DNA from: Balamuthia mandrillaris
Taxonomy: Eukaryota
Assembly: GCA_031835245.2 (NCBI GenBank)
Contig: JAVKOQ020000036.1
Location: 124,001-188,000 of the forward strand
Length of the DNA: 64,000 nucleotides
Direction of reading: 5' to 3'
Shown: positions 1-10,534 of the stretch, piece after piece
How positions within the stretch are numbered: the stretch's first letter is position 1
How the letters are laid out: each line of letters begins with the position of its first letter
Made by a program: the position numbers and the translations under genes
The notes under the pieces: model-generated
What the model saw: only the letters and a program-made list of their open reading frames with translations
What the model was told of the DNA's origin: nothing
Database searches by the model: none

Positions 1-1048
1 AGGTAACGGCCGCTTTGCAGGGGCACTAGAGGAAGCAGAAGCAGAAGCACCAGAAGGGGTTGTTGCTGTTGTGGTTGCACGAGTTGCTTGCTGAGTGTAT
101 GAAGCTGGTTTTCGCCTGTTCTCAGATAATGTTACTACGGTGGAATGGAGGAGGAGGAAGAAGAAGAAGAGAAGAAGAAAGCTGAAGAAGGGGAGAGAGA
201 AAGAGAGACCTATTGATAGCATTGATCTTTTGGGGTACGGACTGCGCCATCGCGTTGTACTGTCTTGCAGCTGCCACCAACTCCTATTTTTGCTCGGAAC
301 AGATTAGAGGAAGAAGACGACGAAGGAAGTTTGTTAGGTGTAACGTACTGCTGGCAAGGGCTTCGTGTTCAAAAGGCGTTGCATGTTCTCCTGTCCCCAT
401 TTCTGCAGTGCTTGCCATCGTTGAACAGCTATTGTAAATAAAGGAACAAAGCAAGAAGGATTAGCAAACGCACAAGCCTCAAGCAAAAAAGAATGGAGGA
501 TTAGTACTTGCCATTGCCATTCCACACTTCATCGTCTGAAATGTTTGCAAAGTAGGTCTCGTCCTCTTTCACCTTCTTTATTGCCTCTTGAATGGCTGGT
601 GGGAGCGACGCAGCAACAGAAGGAGCAGGAGCGGGAGCGGCTGCTGCTGAAGAAGAAGAAGAAGAAGATGAAGAAGAAGAAGAAGATGAAGAAGAAGATC
701 CGGAAGGAGGAGCTGCAGCAGAACGGGCGGAAGTGGAGGAAGCAGCAGAAGGAGAAGGCGACGGAGCTACCGCAGGGGTTGGTTGTGGCGTCGCTGCGGC
801 CGCATAGGGTCCAGTGCCTTATTTTTTTTTGTTGCAATAAGAAAATAAACAAAAAGAAAATAAAACAAAAAAAAAACAACTCACCATTGAGTTTATGTTG
901 CAGGTCAGTGTTGAGCTCGTTGAACTTGGCGGCGAGGGCGTTCCCAACTTCGGGGTTCTTGGCTTGAACGCTTTGTATGCGGATGGGGATCAATTTGAGC
1001 TGCGTTACACCACAAAAAAGATATATTAACAACGAAAATAAACAAGTT

Positions 1049-1084
<36 letters not shown>

Positions 1085-1191
1085 TTGGAGGCATATTTGC
1101 CAAAAGCCGACTTGTTGCCCACAGGCAAGGACTTGACCACAGCGGCAAGGCTGTCGATCTCCTGTTGTACTTGGGCGGCAAAGGCGTCCAT
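1..1191 (-). CDS. Hypothetical protein with helical segments and Ser/Ala/Pro-rich linkers; 3' end runs off the window
   Basis: ATG at 1191. Hand-spliced exons 1191-1084, 999-885, 817-512, 428-349, 283-210 and 115-1 give one open frame (MDAFAAQVQQEIDSL...AVQRWQALQKWGQENMQRLLNTKPLPAELVAAARQYNAM...AKRPLP). This requires a GC-AG intron at 511-429. No family recognised. Confidence 0.65.
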
Positions 1192-1693
1192 GAAGCTAGT
1201 TGTTGTTGTTGATTATCAGCACAATGAGGTGTGCGTGTGTGCGTGTGTGTGAGCAGAAGCAGAAGCACCAGGAAGGGTCGCTTTTTTTTTTCTTTTGGTT
1301 TCAACGATAGTTGGTATAGCAGCAAACCTGTGGAATAATATACACTAAAACAAAATGATAAGAAGACCTTTTTTACTAGAATTTCTCGGTCTCCCACCAC
1401 CGGTGCATTCCTAGCAACCAATGGCGCACCCTTGTGGAGTATTCTTGTTTTTGTACGTTCCGTGAACACATTATATGCCCACAGAACAACACCCTCGACA
1501 AGAAGAGACAGCAGCCTCTCCCTTTCATAGCATTACACGGCTTTTGTTATAATCATATTATTCTATTGTCGACAATATTTCATTCTGTTGAAGATCGCTT
1601 GATCGGGTAGCTGACGTCATGGTCTCAGCGTCTTCGAGACGACACGGAGAACTGAACTGATTGGATCTTCAAGGCGTAACGGAGGGCTTAGCC

Positions 1694-2790
1694 ATGAAAG
1701 CAGAGGAGGAGGAAACCCCCCCCCCCAAAGTGGGGTCCTTTGAAGGAGAGGTCGCAGCTGGTGGAGTGGCTTGGAAGGTCGCAGCTGGTGGAGTGGCTTG
1801 ACCTCTTTGCCCAGCGCCGTGGGCCGGCCAAACTCTTCAGGCAAGGAGCTCAGCCTGTTGTCGGCAAGCTGCCATTCCGTGAGAGCGGTCAACGTGCTTT
1901 CATCCGTGCCCAGCGCGGTGGGCCAGCTGACCGCTCTCACGGAGTGCAACCTCCGTACTAACCAACTGGCAAGAGAGTTTGGCCAGCTCAGTGCTCTCAG
2001 AGAGTGCTATCTCTCCACCAACCAGCTGACCGCCTTGCCAAGAGAGTTTGGCCAGCTCGGTGCTCTCCGACAACCAGCTGAGCTCCTTGCCAAGAGAGTT
2101 TGGCCAGCTCACCGCTCTCAGGGAGTGCGACCTCTCCAACAACCAGCCGACCTCCTTGCCGAGAGAGTTTAGCCAAATAGACCGACCGCGCTCTCCCATT
2201 GCGACCTGAATTACAACCCACTGGCAGCCCTGCCCAGCTCTGCTGTTCCTCTTCTTCCATTCCTTTCCTTTTCATCCCACCAGCAGGAAGCCCTTCTCAA
2301 ACCACCGGAAAGGAATGGTGAAGAGCAAGCGGGGAAGAAAAGAGGGAAGCCCAACCAATCCCCGCCCACGCAATGGAACAACCACGCCGCTGTAAAAAGT
2401 CTGTGGCACTTGAGTGGAGAGGCGGTGCTGAGGAACCAGCTTTTGCCAGAAGGCCTGTCGACCCCTGTTCCAGACCCCCCCCCCTTTGTTTGGAGTCCTC
2501 TTCCTCTTCCTCTTCCTCTTCCTCTTCCTCTTCCTCTTCCTCTTCCTCTTCCTCTTCCTCTTCCTCTTCCTCTTCCTCTCTGCAAAATAAGGAGCAGGAA
2601 AAGAAAGGGACAAAGGAAGAACCACCAGAAGAGGAAGCAAGCGTGGAGGGTGCAGAAGTGGTGCTGCCGGAAGATGTGCAGGAACGACTGGAGAGGTTGC
2701 AGCGAAGATGTGATGTTGCGGCCAGGGCTGCTTCCACCGGCCCCTTCCTGGGTGTTCCCTTGCACCACTTTGACGCGTCTAGTTTGCTGA
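1694..2790 (+). pseudogene. Decayed leucine-rich-repeat gene (23-aa units, consensus about LTALRECDLSNNQLTSLPREFGQ)
   Basis: Tandem 69-bp LRR units between about 1800 and 2240 are broken by deletions, frameshifts, stops and an internal inversion. There is a 27-bp tandem duplication at 1749-1800, and the C-terminal part is similar to 6228-6447. Confidence 0.75.
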
Positions 2791-2806
2791 GAGAGACAGA
2801 GAGAGC

Positions 2807-2852
<46 letters not shown>

Positions 2853-2984
2853 AGAGAGAGAATAAAGGTGAGCGTGAAGAAAGCGAGAGAGAAGAGACAC
2901 AGATCGAGCGAACAAAGACTTTATTGAGTGGAGCGAAGAAGAGGAGCAACAGTACAAAAATATTAACTGTAATGATTATTTTTT

Positions 2985-4861
2985 TTACTTGCTCTTCTTC
3001 TTTTTCTTCTTCTTGTCTTTCTTGGTGGGCGTGGCAGCGGCGGCTTCCTTCTTTTGCTTCTTCTTCTTCTTTGGCGTTTTCTTCTCCTCTTTTTTCTCCT
3101 CTTCCTCCTCCTCCTCGTCGCCGCTCCTCTTTCTCTTCTTTCCGCCCTTTTGCTTCTTTGGCGTCTCCTCTCCTTTCTTCTTCTTATCCTTCTTGCCCTT
3201 CTTCACCACGTCCATTCCTTCCTCCTCTTCCTCCTCTCCGGCCTCTTGTTGAGCAGCCTTCATGGCCTCCTGCATGACTGCAAGGTTCTTCCTTGGCTTG
3301 GCCCCCTCATCATAAAAGCTGAGGCGCTCCTCCACCTGCTCTCCAAGCTTCTGCCCAAAGACCATGGTGGGGCGGTCAGAGAAGGCATCGATGCGGCTGG
3401 CAATGGAGCACTTGTTGGCCAGGTAGCGGGATATGCGGCCCTTGTTCTTGGTGCTGGCCCTACCAATGTAACTCGAGTGGAAGATCAGACCATACTTGGG
3501 GGTATTTCCTCTAGTCTTGAGGGCTCTGAAAAGAGCCTTCTCGGCACCCAAAATTTGGACAGTGGAGGCAGGGTACTTGGCCAGGTTCGTCAGACTGCCG
3601 GCGTGACTAATAAGGCGGGCAGCCACTTGCTCGCCGATCAGGGTGGACAGGTTAGGGGCAATGTCCTGCATTTTCTTGAGCAGGTAAGCCTGCAGTTGGC
3701 TGCGGTATTCGGCCAGGCGGATGACCCTCTGCGCAAACTTCTCAATGTTGAGCATGTCCAGGTCGGAGATGTCTGTGCCCATGGACGACTTGAGAGCGTC
3801 GTAGACCTCTTGGGCCTTGTCGGCATCCATGAGGATCTCCTCCAGGCCGGCCAGCTTTTCCTCGGTGAAGTGAGCTTTGTTCTTGATGTAGAAGGCGGTG
3901 CGGGCGTATTGGGTGTTGTCGGAGACGATCTTGACGAGCTCTGGGAAGTGCCACGAGTACCATTCTCTGAGAGAGAGAGAGAGAGACGAACATTAGAGTT
4001 GGAAATGAAACGAGAGGGAATAAACACAAGAGTAATAAACAAAAGATAACAAAAAAAAGGGGATAAAGAAAATAGCAAACATAGAGGAAAAACGCATACT
4101 TGACTCGCATAGCAAAGGTGTTAAGATCTTTGTCCAAGGTGTCCAACAAGGAAATGGTTTGAATGACCATGTTGTCAGCTCTGTTGACGTTGAACTTGAC
4201 CTTGGCGCGAGAGTAGGCGTGACCAAGACCCAGTTGGGCCTTCTCGAGGTCTCCCTCCTTCAACTCTTTGATGAACCGGGTGAAGTGGAGACGAATGCCT
4301 CGCAGAAGCTCTGCCACAAGCTTGTTCTTCACGCAGGACACGCCCAAGGCCTCTCCGATGGCAGTGCCGATCTTCTCATCGCCAACACCGAGCTGGAACT
4401 TGGTGCCCTTCTTCTTCTTCGATTGAGGCAAGTGCATCTCCAAAAAGTTAGTGAGAAGCTCGGGAGCGAGGCCTAATGCATTTTTTTGTTAAACAACAGG
4501 AATAAGCGTAACTAGAGACAGAGGGGAACGAGAAAAGAGGGAGAAAAAAAGAGGGAGAAAAAACCTTCGGAGATGCTGTTGATGTTCTCCAAAGCGCTCT
4601 CAGCGGAAGGGAAGGGGAGGAAAGAGTTGAGTTTCACGATCTGAGTGAACCGACCAAAGTCGAGGATGGATTTCTGGTATTCCGGGCTCTCATCGCTGAT
4701 TTCCTCGGACTCCACCCTCTCAAACAAGGCGTAGCCCGAAGCGGACTCGTACAAAACGTAAAGAACCTATCCGTCGGGCATGAATAATGTTTTTTTTTTG
4801 TTAAAACACAAACCCAAAAAAAAAAAACGTGAGAGCCGATTTTTTTAACCGTACGCACCAT
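2985..4861 (-). CDS. NOP56: Nucleolar protein 56 (box C/D snoRNP core protein)
   Basis: Exons 4861-4859 (ATG only), 4766-4565, 4472-4100 and 3966-2985 total 1560 nt (519 aa). Motifs: [80 protein letters not shown], and a K/E-rich tail. Confidence 0.97.
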
Positions 4862-5406
4862 CGTGGTGGGTCAAAAAAAAAATAAAGTCGAGTGATTGAA
4901 AAAAAATGCTTGTCTGCGCAATAATAATAATCAAAGATTCCGATTCGAATCGCAGGTTTCGGTCCTCCTTCCTTTGGCCCGTGTGTGTGTGTGTAGCTCC
5001 TGCTTCGTCGCGTCCGCTTGGCTCCCTCTTCTTCCGCTGCTTGCGCTCTCGCTCTACTTTTTTTTTGCGGGCAAAAAAAGAATGAGAATAAAAAGGTAAA
5101 TAATTGTGAATAAATTTTCGATGTTTCTTGTTCCTTTCCCACTTTTTTGGTAGCGCAATCATTGTGACTTGTTTTGCATGAGGGGTATTGTTGGTTCAGC
5201 TACGTCGACACGAGGTAACTCATAATGTCGACACATAAGCTAAAATAGACATTTCTGTTTTGGATAATGTCGACATGATAACTTTTATAGAAATAAATTG
5301 TCGTTGCGCCCTTTCGCGCATTCGTTGCTTGGTATACCCGTTAGTTAGTTTGCCTTTTCAACACTTTCGTTGCCTCCTCCTTTTCTTTCTGGTCGACACA
5401 CCCAAC

Positions 5407-5416
5407 TATATAAAAG
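5407..5416 (+). promoter_or_regulatory. Putative TATA box of the DM9 gene
   Basis: TATATAAAAG about 95 bp upstream of ATG 5507. Confidence 0.5.
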
Positions 5417-5506
5417 CATCTTCTTCTTTCGTTCTTTTCTTTTCCATCCAAACGACCAACACTTTTCTTTTACCTACTTTCACGCAACGTATAACATAGA
5501 GAAACA

Positions 5507-5959
5507 ATGAGCTGGGTCTCTGCTTCCGGTGGTTCCGTTCCTTCCAACGCCCTCGTGGCCGGCTACGAGAGCGACGGCAAGCCCATCTACATCGGCCGCG
5601 CCCAACACCAGGGCGGCGTGCACCCCGGCAAGGTCGCCCCCCACCTCGGCGGCTGCAACATCGGCTACGGCGGCCAGGAGCACGCCAAGCGCGACTACGA
5701 GGTCTACTGCGTGGACGCCAAGCAGGCCGCCACCGTGCACTGGCAGAAGAAGAAGGAGGGCAAGGTGCCCCCTCACGCCCTCCCCGCCGGCCGAGAGGCC
5801 GACGGCCAGCCCCTCTGGGTGGCCAGGACCAAGCACCAGGGCGGGCTGCACATCGGCAAGGCCGGAGCCCACCTGAGGGACGGCATGAGCCTGGGCTTTG
5901 GCGGCAGGGAGATCAACAAGACCGTATACGAGGTGTTGGTCCATGTGGACAGGCTGTGA
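5507..5959 (+). CDS. DM9-repeat (DUF3421, natterin-like lectin domain) protein, 150 aa
   Basis: Intronless ORF with two DM9 repeats (WV...G.VPSNALVAGYESDGKPIYIGRA.HQGG.HPGKV...YEV and W....G.VPPHALPAGREADGQPLWVART.HQGG.HIGKA...YEVL). Third codon positions are strongly G/C. Confidence 0.9.
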   Translation: MSWVSASGGSVPSNALVAGYESDGKPIYIGRAQHQGGVHPGKVAPHLGGCNIGYGGQEHAKRDYEVYCVDAKQAATVHWQKKKEGKVPPHALPAGREADGQPLWVARTKHQGGLHIGKAGAHLRDGMSLGFGGREINKTVYEVLVHVDRL

Positions 5960-6149
5960 AACAAAAGCAAAGCGCAACCACTTTGTGTTTTAAAAAAATA
6001 TTAAAGAAGAAATAGTTCATTCAAAAGGAGAGCAGTTTGATCTTTTACTTTTCGAAACTTACTTCGAAGATACACCGTCCTTCTCTGTCTCTCCCAAGAA
6101 AAGAAAGAGCTCATCACTTGGTCATGGAACCACTCTCACCTAGAATGCT

Positions 6150-6450
6150 TTGCACGGCATGTTTCTTCTTCGTTCGTCATCATGCAGTTCCGTTTGGAAA
6201 GAAGAGAGAAGTGAGAAGGAGGTCATCATGGTGGTACTGCCGGAAGAAGTGAAGGAACGGCCGGACAGGTTGCAGAGCAGATGTGATGTTCGTGAGCTGT
6301 TGTCGGGGGGAGAGGAAAAGGTGAGAGAGAGAAGAAAGACAAGCAAGGCAAATGGTGAGAAGGTTTTGGGATGAGGAAAGAGTGGTCTGGTGGGAGTTGT
6401 TGTGTTGCAGCCAGAGCTGCTTCCACCAGCCCCTTCCTGCACGTTCTATA
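6150..6450 (+). pseudogene. Fragment paralogous to the C-terminal part of the LRR pseudogene at 2658-2760
   Basis: VVLPEEVKERPDRLQSRCDV here versus VVLPEDVQERLERLQRRCDV at about 2658-2718. A second block, ccagagctgcttccaccagccccttcctg, matches ccagggctgcttccaccggccccttcctg. In-frame stops flank the fragment. Confidence 0.65.
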
Positions 6451-6535
6451 GAAACAACGAAGTAGTCGCCTCTTCAAAACAAAACAGAAAACGATATATT
6501 CACACCTAACAAACAACACCAACAATAAGAGCTGC

Positions 6536-7596
6536 TCACTTTCTAAGAATGGAAGTAGTTCTCTTGGAGGAAGGCGGCTCCACGGCAAAGACCTCCGCAA
6601 TCTCCTCCATATGCAGTTTGTTGAACTTGTGGACGAGATACTCGGCATCATGGAGCACCTGATGGACGTCCATCTTGCCGGCCAGGTTGTTGATGTATTT
6701 GAGGATGTCGTCAAAGCTCATGTCGTTCTTCATGATCACTTTCTTGTGTTTGAGGAGAATGGCTAACGCGACAAAGAGGTGAAAGTGGGGAGAAAGTTGT
6801 TGTGCCCACATTGCCTTGTTGAAAGAAGAAAAGAATATATCAGTAATGGAGATAGAGAAACAAGAAAGAGAGAAAGACCAAAACGAAAAGAGAGAGAAAC
6901 AAACAAAAAATAAATAACAAACCTCCCAAAGCCTTGGAATGTCCTCGTAGGCAAACTCTCGCTTAAAGTGGATGAGCAACCACCGGAAGCAGAAGAACAT
7001 GTTGAGGCAGTCCCTTTGCTCCAAGTAGTTGTAGAACCGCCTGTCCATGCACTTGATCAGATTGGCTAGCTGCAAAAGCTGCGTGTGCATGCCTCTTTGG
7101 TCCTTGTGAAAGTTGGCTTGCTGCGTTTTTTGCAAGTTAACAGGACAGAAAGAATGAAACGACGAGAAGAGAAGGAACGAAAGCGAACAAGGAACAGAGC
7201 AAGAAGTAAATTACCAATTTGTCCATAAGAGCTTTGAAGCACCAAAAGGCGTCGGCTTCATCTCTCATGATGAACAAGTTCAATGACAGGAGATCGTTCA
7301 TTCCTTGTACGTAACCTTGCGAACACAAAAAGTGAGACTTAAGAAAGATTTTTTTTAAAAAAAACAGAGGACAAAGAAAACGAAGGGAACGAAGCAAAGT
7401 ACGAACCCAAATCGAAATGAAAGAAAGAATAGGTGAGAAGAATGTCATTAATGAGTTTGAGGTTCTCATTGCTCTCCGAATAAAACTCCAAGTTTCTGTC
7501 CGTCCTCACAACGTCTTTCTCTGTTGGATTAGGAAAAAAAAGAGTTTAGCAAATGGCAAAACGTTTTGTCCCTCTTCCCTACTGAGAGAGAGAGAA

Positions 7597-7646
<50 letters not shown>

Positions 7647-8349
7647 GAACGAATAATATGTTTTCTCTTGCGAAACTTTTCGAAATGCGATTCTTGTTCT
7701 GCAGTGATTGACGTCCATTGCCTTTTATATACACCATATTCTTCTCTATTGAGAGAGAGAGAGAGAGAGAGAAAGAGAAGAAGAAGAAGATAGGGAACAG
7801 TGAGAAAAATCAACAATGACGCTGTAAAGATTACGTGACGATACCTCTTTTGGCTGCGAATGACCGAACGAGATTCAAAAGAGGAAGAGAAAGGATAAAA
7901 GTTCAGCAGAAACTTCCACACTTCTATTCTTATTGTTGGATCAACCCCCTGAAAGAAAATAAGAGTTAAATATAACATAAGAGGGAAGAGGAGAGGAGAG
8001 GAGAGAGAGAAACGAACGCCATAAAAGATCCTTTTCCTGAGAATTTCTTCATCGCGAATTACTCCATCTTCATCAAAGAAAGACTGCCACTCGTCGGGAT
8101 TCAGCTCTTCTTCCCACTCTGGCACGTGAATGCCCAGGTTCTCTGCTTCCTCCTTTGCTTCCTCTTCTTCTTCCTCCCCTTCAACATCAAACTTGACATT
8201 TGGCGGCTGTAGTAAACATCTCATTAGCTACCAAATAACGGAATATTGAATAAAGAGAGAACAAAGGAAGGAAGAGGAAGGAGAAGGAGAGAAGAAGAAG
8301 AACGAAGAAGAAGAACAAAGAAGAGCGAGGAAGGAAGAAAGAAAGAAAC

Positions 8350-8380
<31 letters not shown>

Positions 8381-8873
8381 AAGTCAAAGAAGAAGAACGA
8401 AGCATAAAAAACTAACCTCATTGCCGACAACCACCTCAAAGTCGCCTAAGGAGGTGGCCAGGAGGTCATTGTCGCGGCCGCTGTCGGAGGCACTGAACTG
8501 CTGAACGGGCTCCAGCCAAAGGGCGTGCAACGACTTGTTCAGCTGTGGAGTCGTGTAGTCCTCTCCACCCAAAACTTTTTTGTTTTCAACAAAAAAAAAA
8601 AAAAAAAGAACGGACAGAAAAGTGAACGATGAGACAGAGAAGAAAAGATTTTAAAAGGGCGTGTATGAACCAGTTTGAGCGGCACGTAAGGTGGAAGTGA
8701 CGGAAGAGAAACTTTCAAGCACACCCCATGCTGTTGATCCCATTGCCTTTTTGTTTTTTAGTTAATTATTTTTTTTTGTTTAAAAAAAAACAAAAATCAA
8801 TTTTGTTCAAAATAATCACCGAATGACTTGACGTATTACGATGACCCGAGCGTTTGTTGCTTTTTCTTTGCAT
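6536..8873 (-). CDS. TBC-domain Rab GAP, TBC1D15/TBC1D17/Gyp7 family
   Basis: Multi-exon gene with GVDPTIRIEVWKFLL, KDVVRTDR (Arg finger), GYVQGMNDL (Gln finger) and FFCFRWLLIHFKREF. Stop at 6536. Probable start 8873 (exon 8873-8820); alternative ATG at 8743. Confidence 0.92.
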
Positions 8874-9126
8874 CTACCACCCAACCACTCCTACGACGTT
8901 TCTCTTTCTTCTCTTCTCCTCTCCTTCGCTTCCGTTCCTCCTTTTTCTGGGTTTCTCCTTTTTCTTTCTTTTCTCTTCATTGACAGATGTCATGACGTCA
9001 TGAAATAAATTGTCGACGAAAATGATTTGATTTTCGGTTGGTGTTTTGAATTTGCAACCGAACAACCAATAAAATTTCATATAATGTCCTAATTAGCCAA
9101 TAGAAATTCAAAAAAACAATGTCGTT

Positions 9127-10278
9127 TCACCCTTCTTTTTCTTGAAAGTGAAAGACGATACTTTTCGCCTCTGCATCAACGCAAGCGATGGCACCAAGAG
9201 GCAGCAGCAGCTGAGGGTCGGTGTGGCCAAAGTCCAAGTCAAACACCACAACGGGCAAAGGCGTGTCCACAACATACTCCTCCAAAGCCCTGAGGACAGC
9301 CTTTCGTTGGCTGTGCCGGTAGCTCTCTCGGCCGCCGGGAGGCGTCCTTCCTCTGTCAAACGTTTTGGGGCGGCCCATCAGCACTGCAGAGAATTGTTGC
9401 AAGAGGCCTCGCTCTCCGAGAGCAACGAAGAAGGTATAGACCAGCTCTGCTGGGGGCATGGTTTCCGAGGTCTCCACCACCAGAACGGCTCCATCGAGCT
9501 TGTTGGCTGGTGGGATGCACTTGTTGGCAGCCAGATGCGTGAGAAGGACCTCCAAACAGCCACCAAAGAGTCGTCCTTTGGCCTGTGTTCGTGGTAATGA
9601 AGATGAAGGCAACGCAGACGAAGACGCTGTGGCCCATTCATGCCATGTCCAACCAGGAGCAGATTCCATCTCTCTGGCCACGGATAGGTTGCTTTCCTCA
9701 GCCCACTCCAAGTAACCGTCCAACATCACGGAGGACTGAGGCACCGCCGCTGCTTCTGGTTGCTCGAACAAGGCGGTTCGAACAGAGGAAACGGTAAAGT
9801 CATGCATCTTCGGTCCAGAGAGGGCAAACTGGCACAGCAGGTTGCAGCCGTAGTAGCTCACAACGCCCAGGTTCCACAGCACCAAATGCAGGGTGGTGAT
9901 GTCGCTGTAGCCGACCACCGCCTTGGGGTTGGCCTGCAGGACGGAGAGGTCCAAGAACGGCAGCACCCGTATCATCTCATCCCCACCTACGCTGCAAATG
10001 ATGGCCTTGGCCTCAGGGTCCCGAAAGGCCCGCATGAGGTCCTCCGCGCGTTGTCGTGGGCTGGCATAGACCTCCTCGGGGGGCATGCTCATGGTGGGCA
10101 GCAACCAAGGCTCCAATTGGAACTCGTCGCGCAGGCGTCGCACGCCTTGGTCGCGAAGCCATGGGAAGAGGCTCGCCAGCCCCGACGAAGGCGCAACGAT
10201 GGCGACCCTATCGCCGGCTTTCAGCGCCCTGGGCACCACGAAGGAAGCTCTCCTGCTCTGTTCTGCTGTTTTGCTCAT
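9127..10278 (-). CDS. Peptidase S66 (LD-carboxypeptidase / MccF-like), 383 aa
   Basis: Intronless ORF with P.ALKAGDRVAIVAPSSG, GGDEMIR, GYSDIT (catalytic Ser), GRLFGGCL, VETSE (Glu) and DFGHTDP (His). Confidence 0.93.
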   Translation of the reverse strand: MSKTAEQSRRASFVVPRALKAGDRVAIVAPSSGLASLFPWLRDQGVRRLRDEFQLEPWLLPTMSMPPEEVYASPRQRAEDLMRAFRDPEAKAIICSVGGDEMIRVLPFLDLSVLQANPKAVVGYSDITTLHLVLWNLGVVSYYGCNLLCQFALSGPKMHDFTVSSVRTALFEQPEAAAVPQSSVMLDGYLEWAEESNLSVAREMESAPGWTWHEWATASSSALPSSSLPRTQAKGRLFGGCLEVLLTHLAANKCIPPANKLDGAVLVVETSETMPPAELVYTFFVALGERGLLQQFSAVLMGRPKTFDRGRTPPGGRESYRHSQRKAVLRALEEYVVDTPLPVVVFDLDFGHTDPQLLLPLGAIACVDAEAKSIVFHFQEKEG

Positions 10279-10534
10279 GGGAGAAGCCTGCTTACGTCAA
10301 CCAAAACAAAAATAGAAAGGCATGACGTGGGCAGTAAAAAATTTTTTCTTTTCCTAGAAATCAAAATGTTCCTGGAAATTATTCTATACTTTATAATTGT
10401 CGACGGTAATCCAACGTCGACAGAATGTTCCACACTTTCGTTCTTGCTTTTCTTCACTCTCAAAGTTTATTTTATTCTGTTTACATCTTTGTTTTTTTTT
10501 TCTAAACTAACAAACCGTTACTGTTTTTTTAACT

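Noticed and set aside
1900..2175. Regularly spaced repeats resembling a CRISPR array or a diversity-generating cassette
   Set aside because: The repeats are LRR codons with no unique spacers. No cas, reverse transcriptase or recombinase gene is present in the window.
3054..4049. Long antisense ORFs (also 9760-10662, 13255-14103, 5480-5977, 40071-40613)
   Set aside because: They are shadows of GC3-rich genes on the opposite strand and have no motifs of their own.
3967..4858. Intronic box C/D snoRNAs in NOP56 introns
   Set aside because: The introns are short, and I found no convincing RUGAUGA...CUGA pair with a terminal stem.
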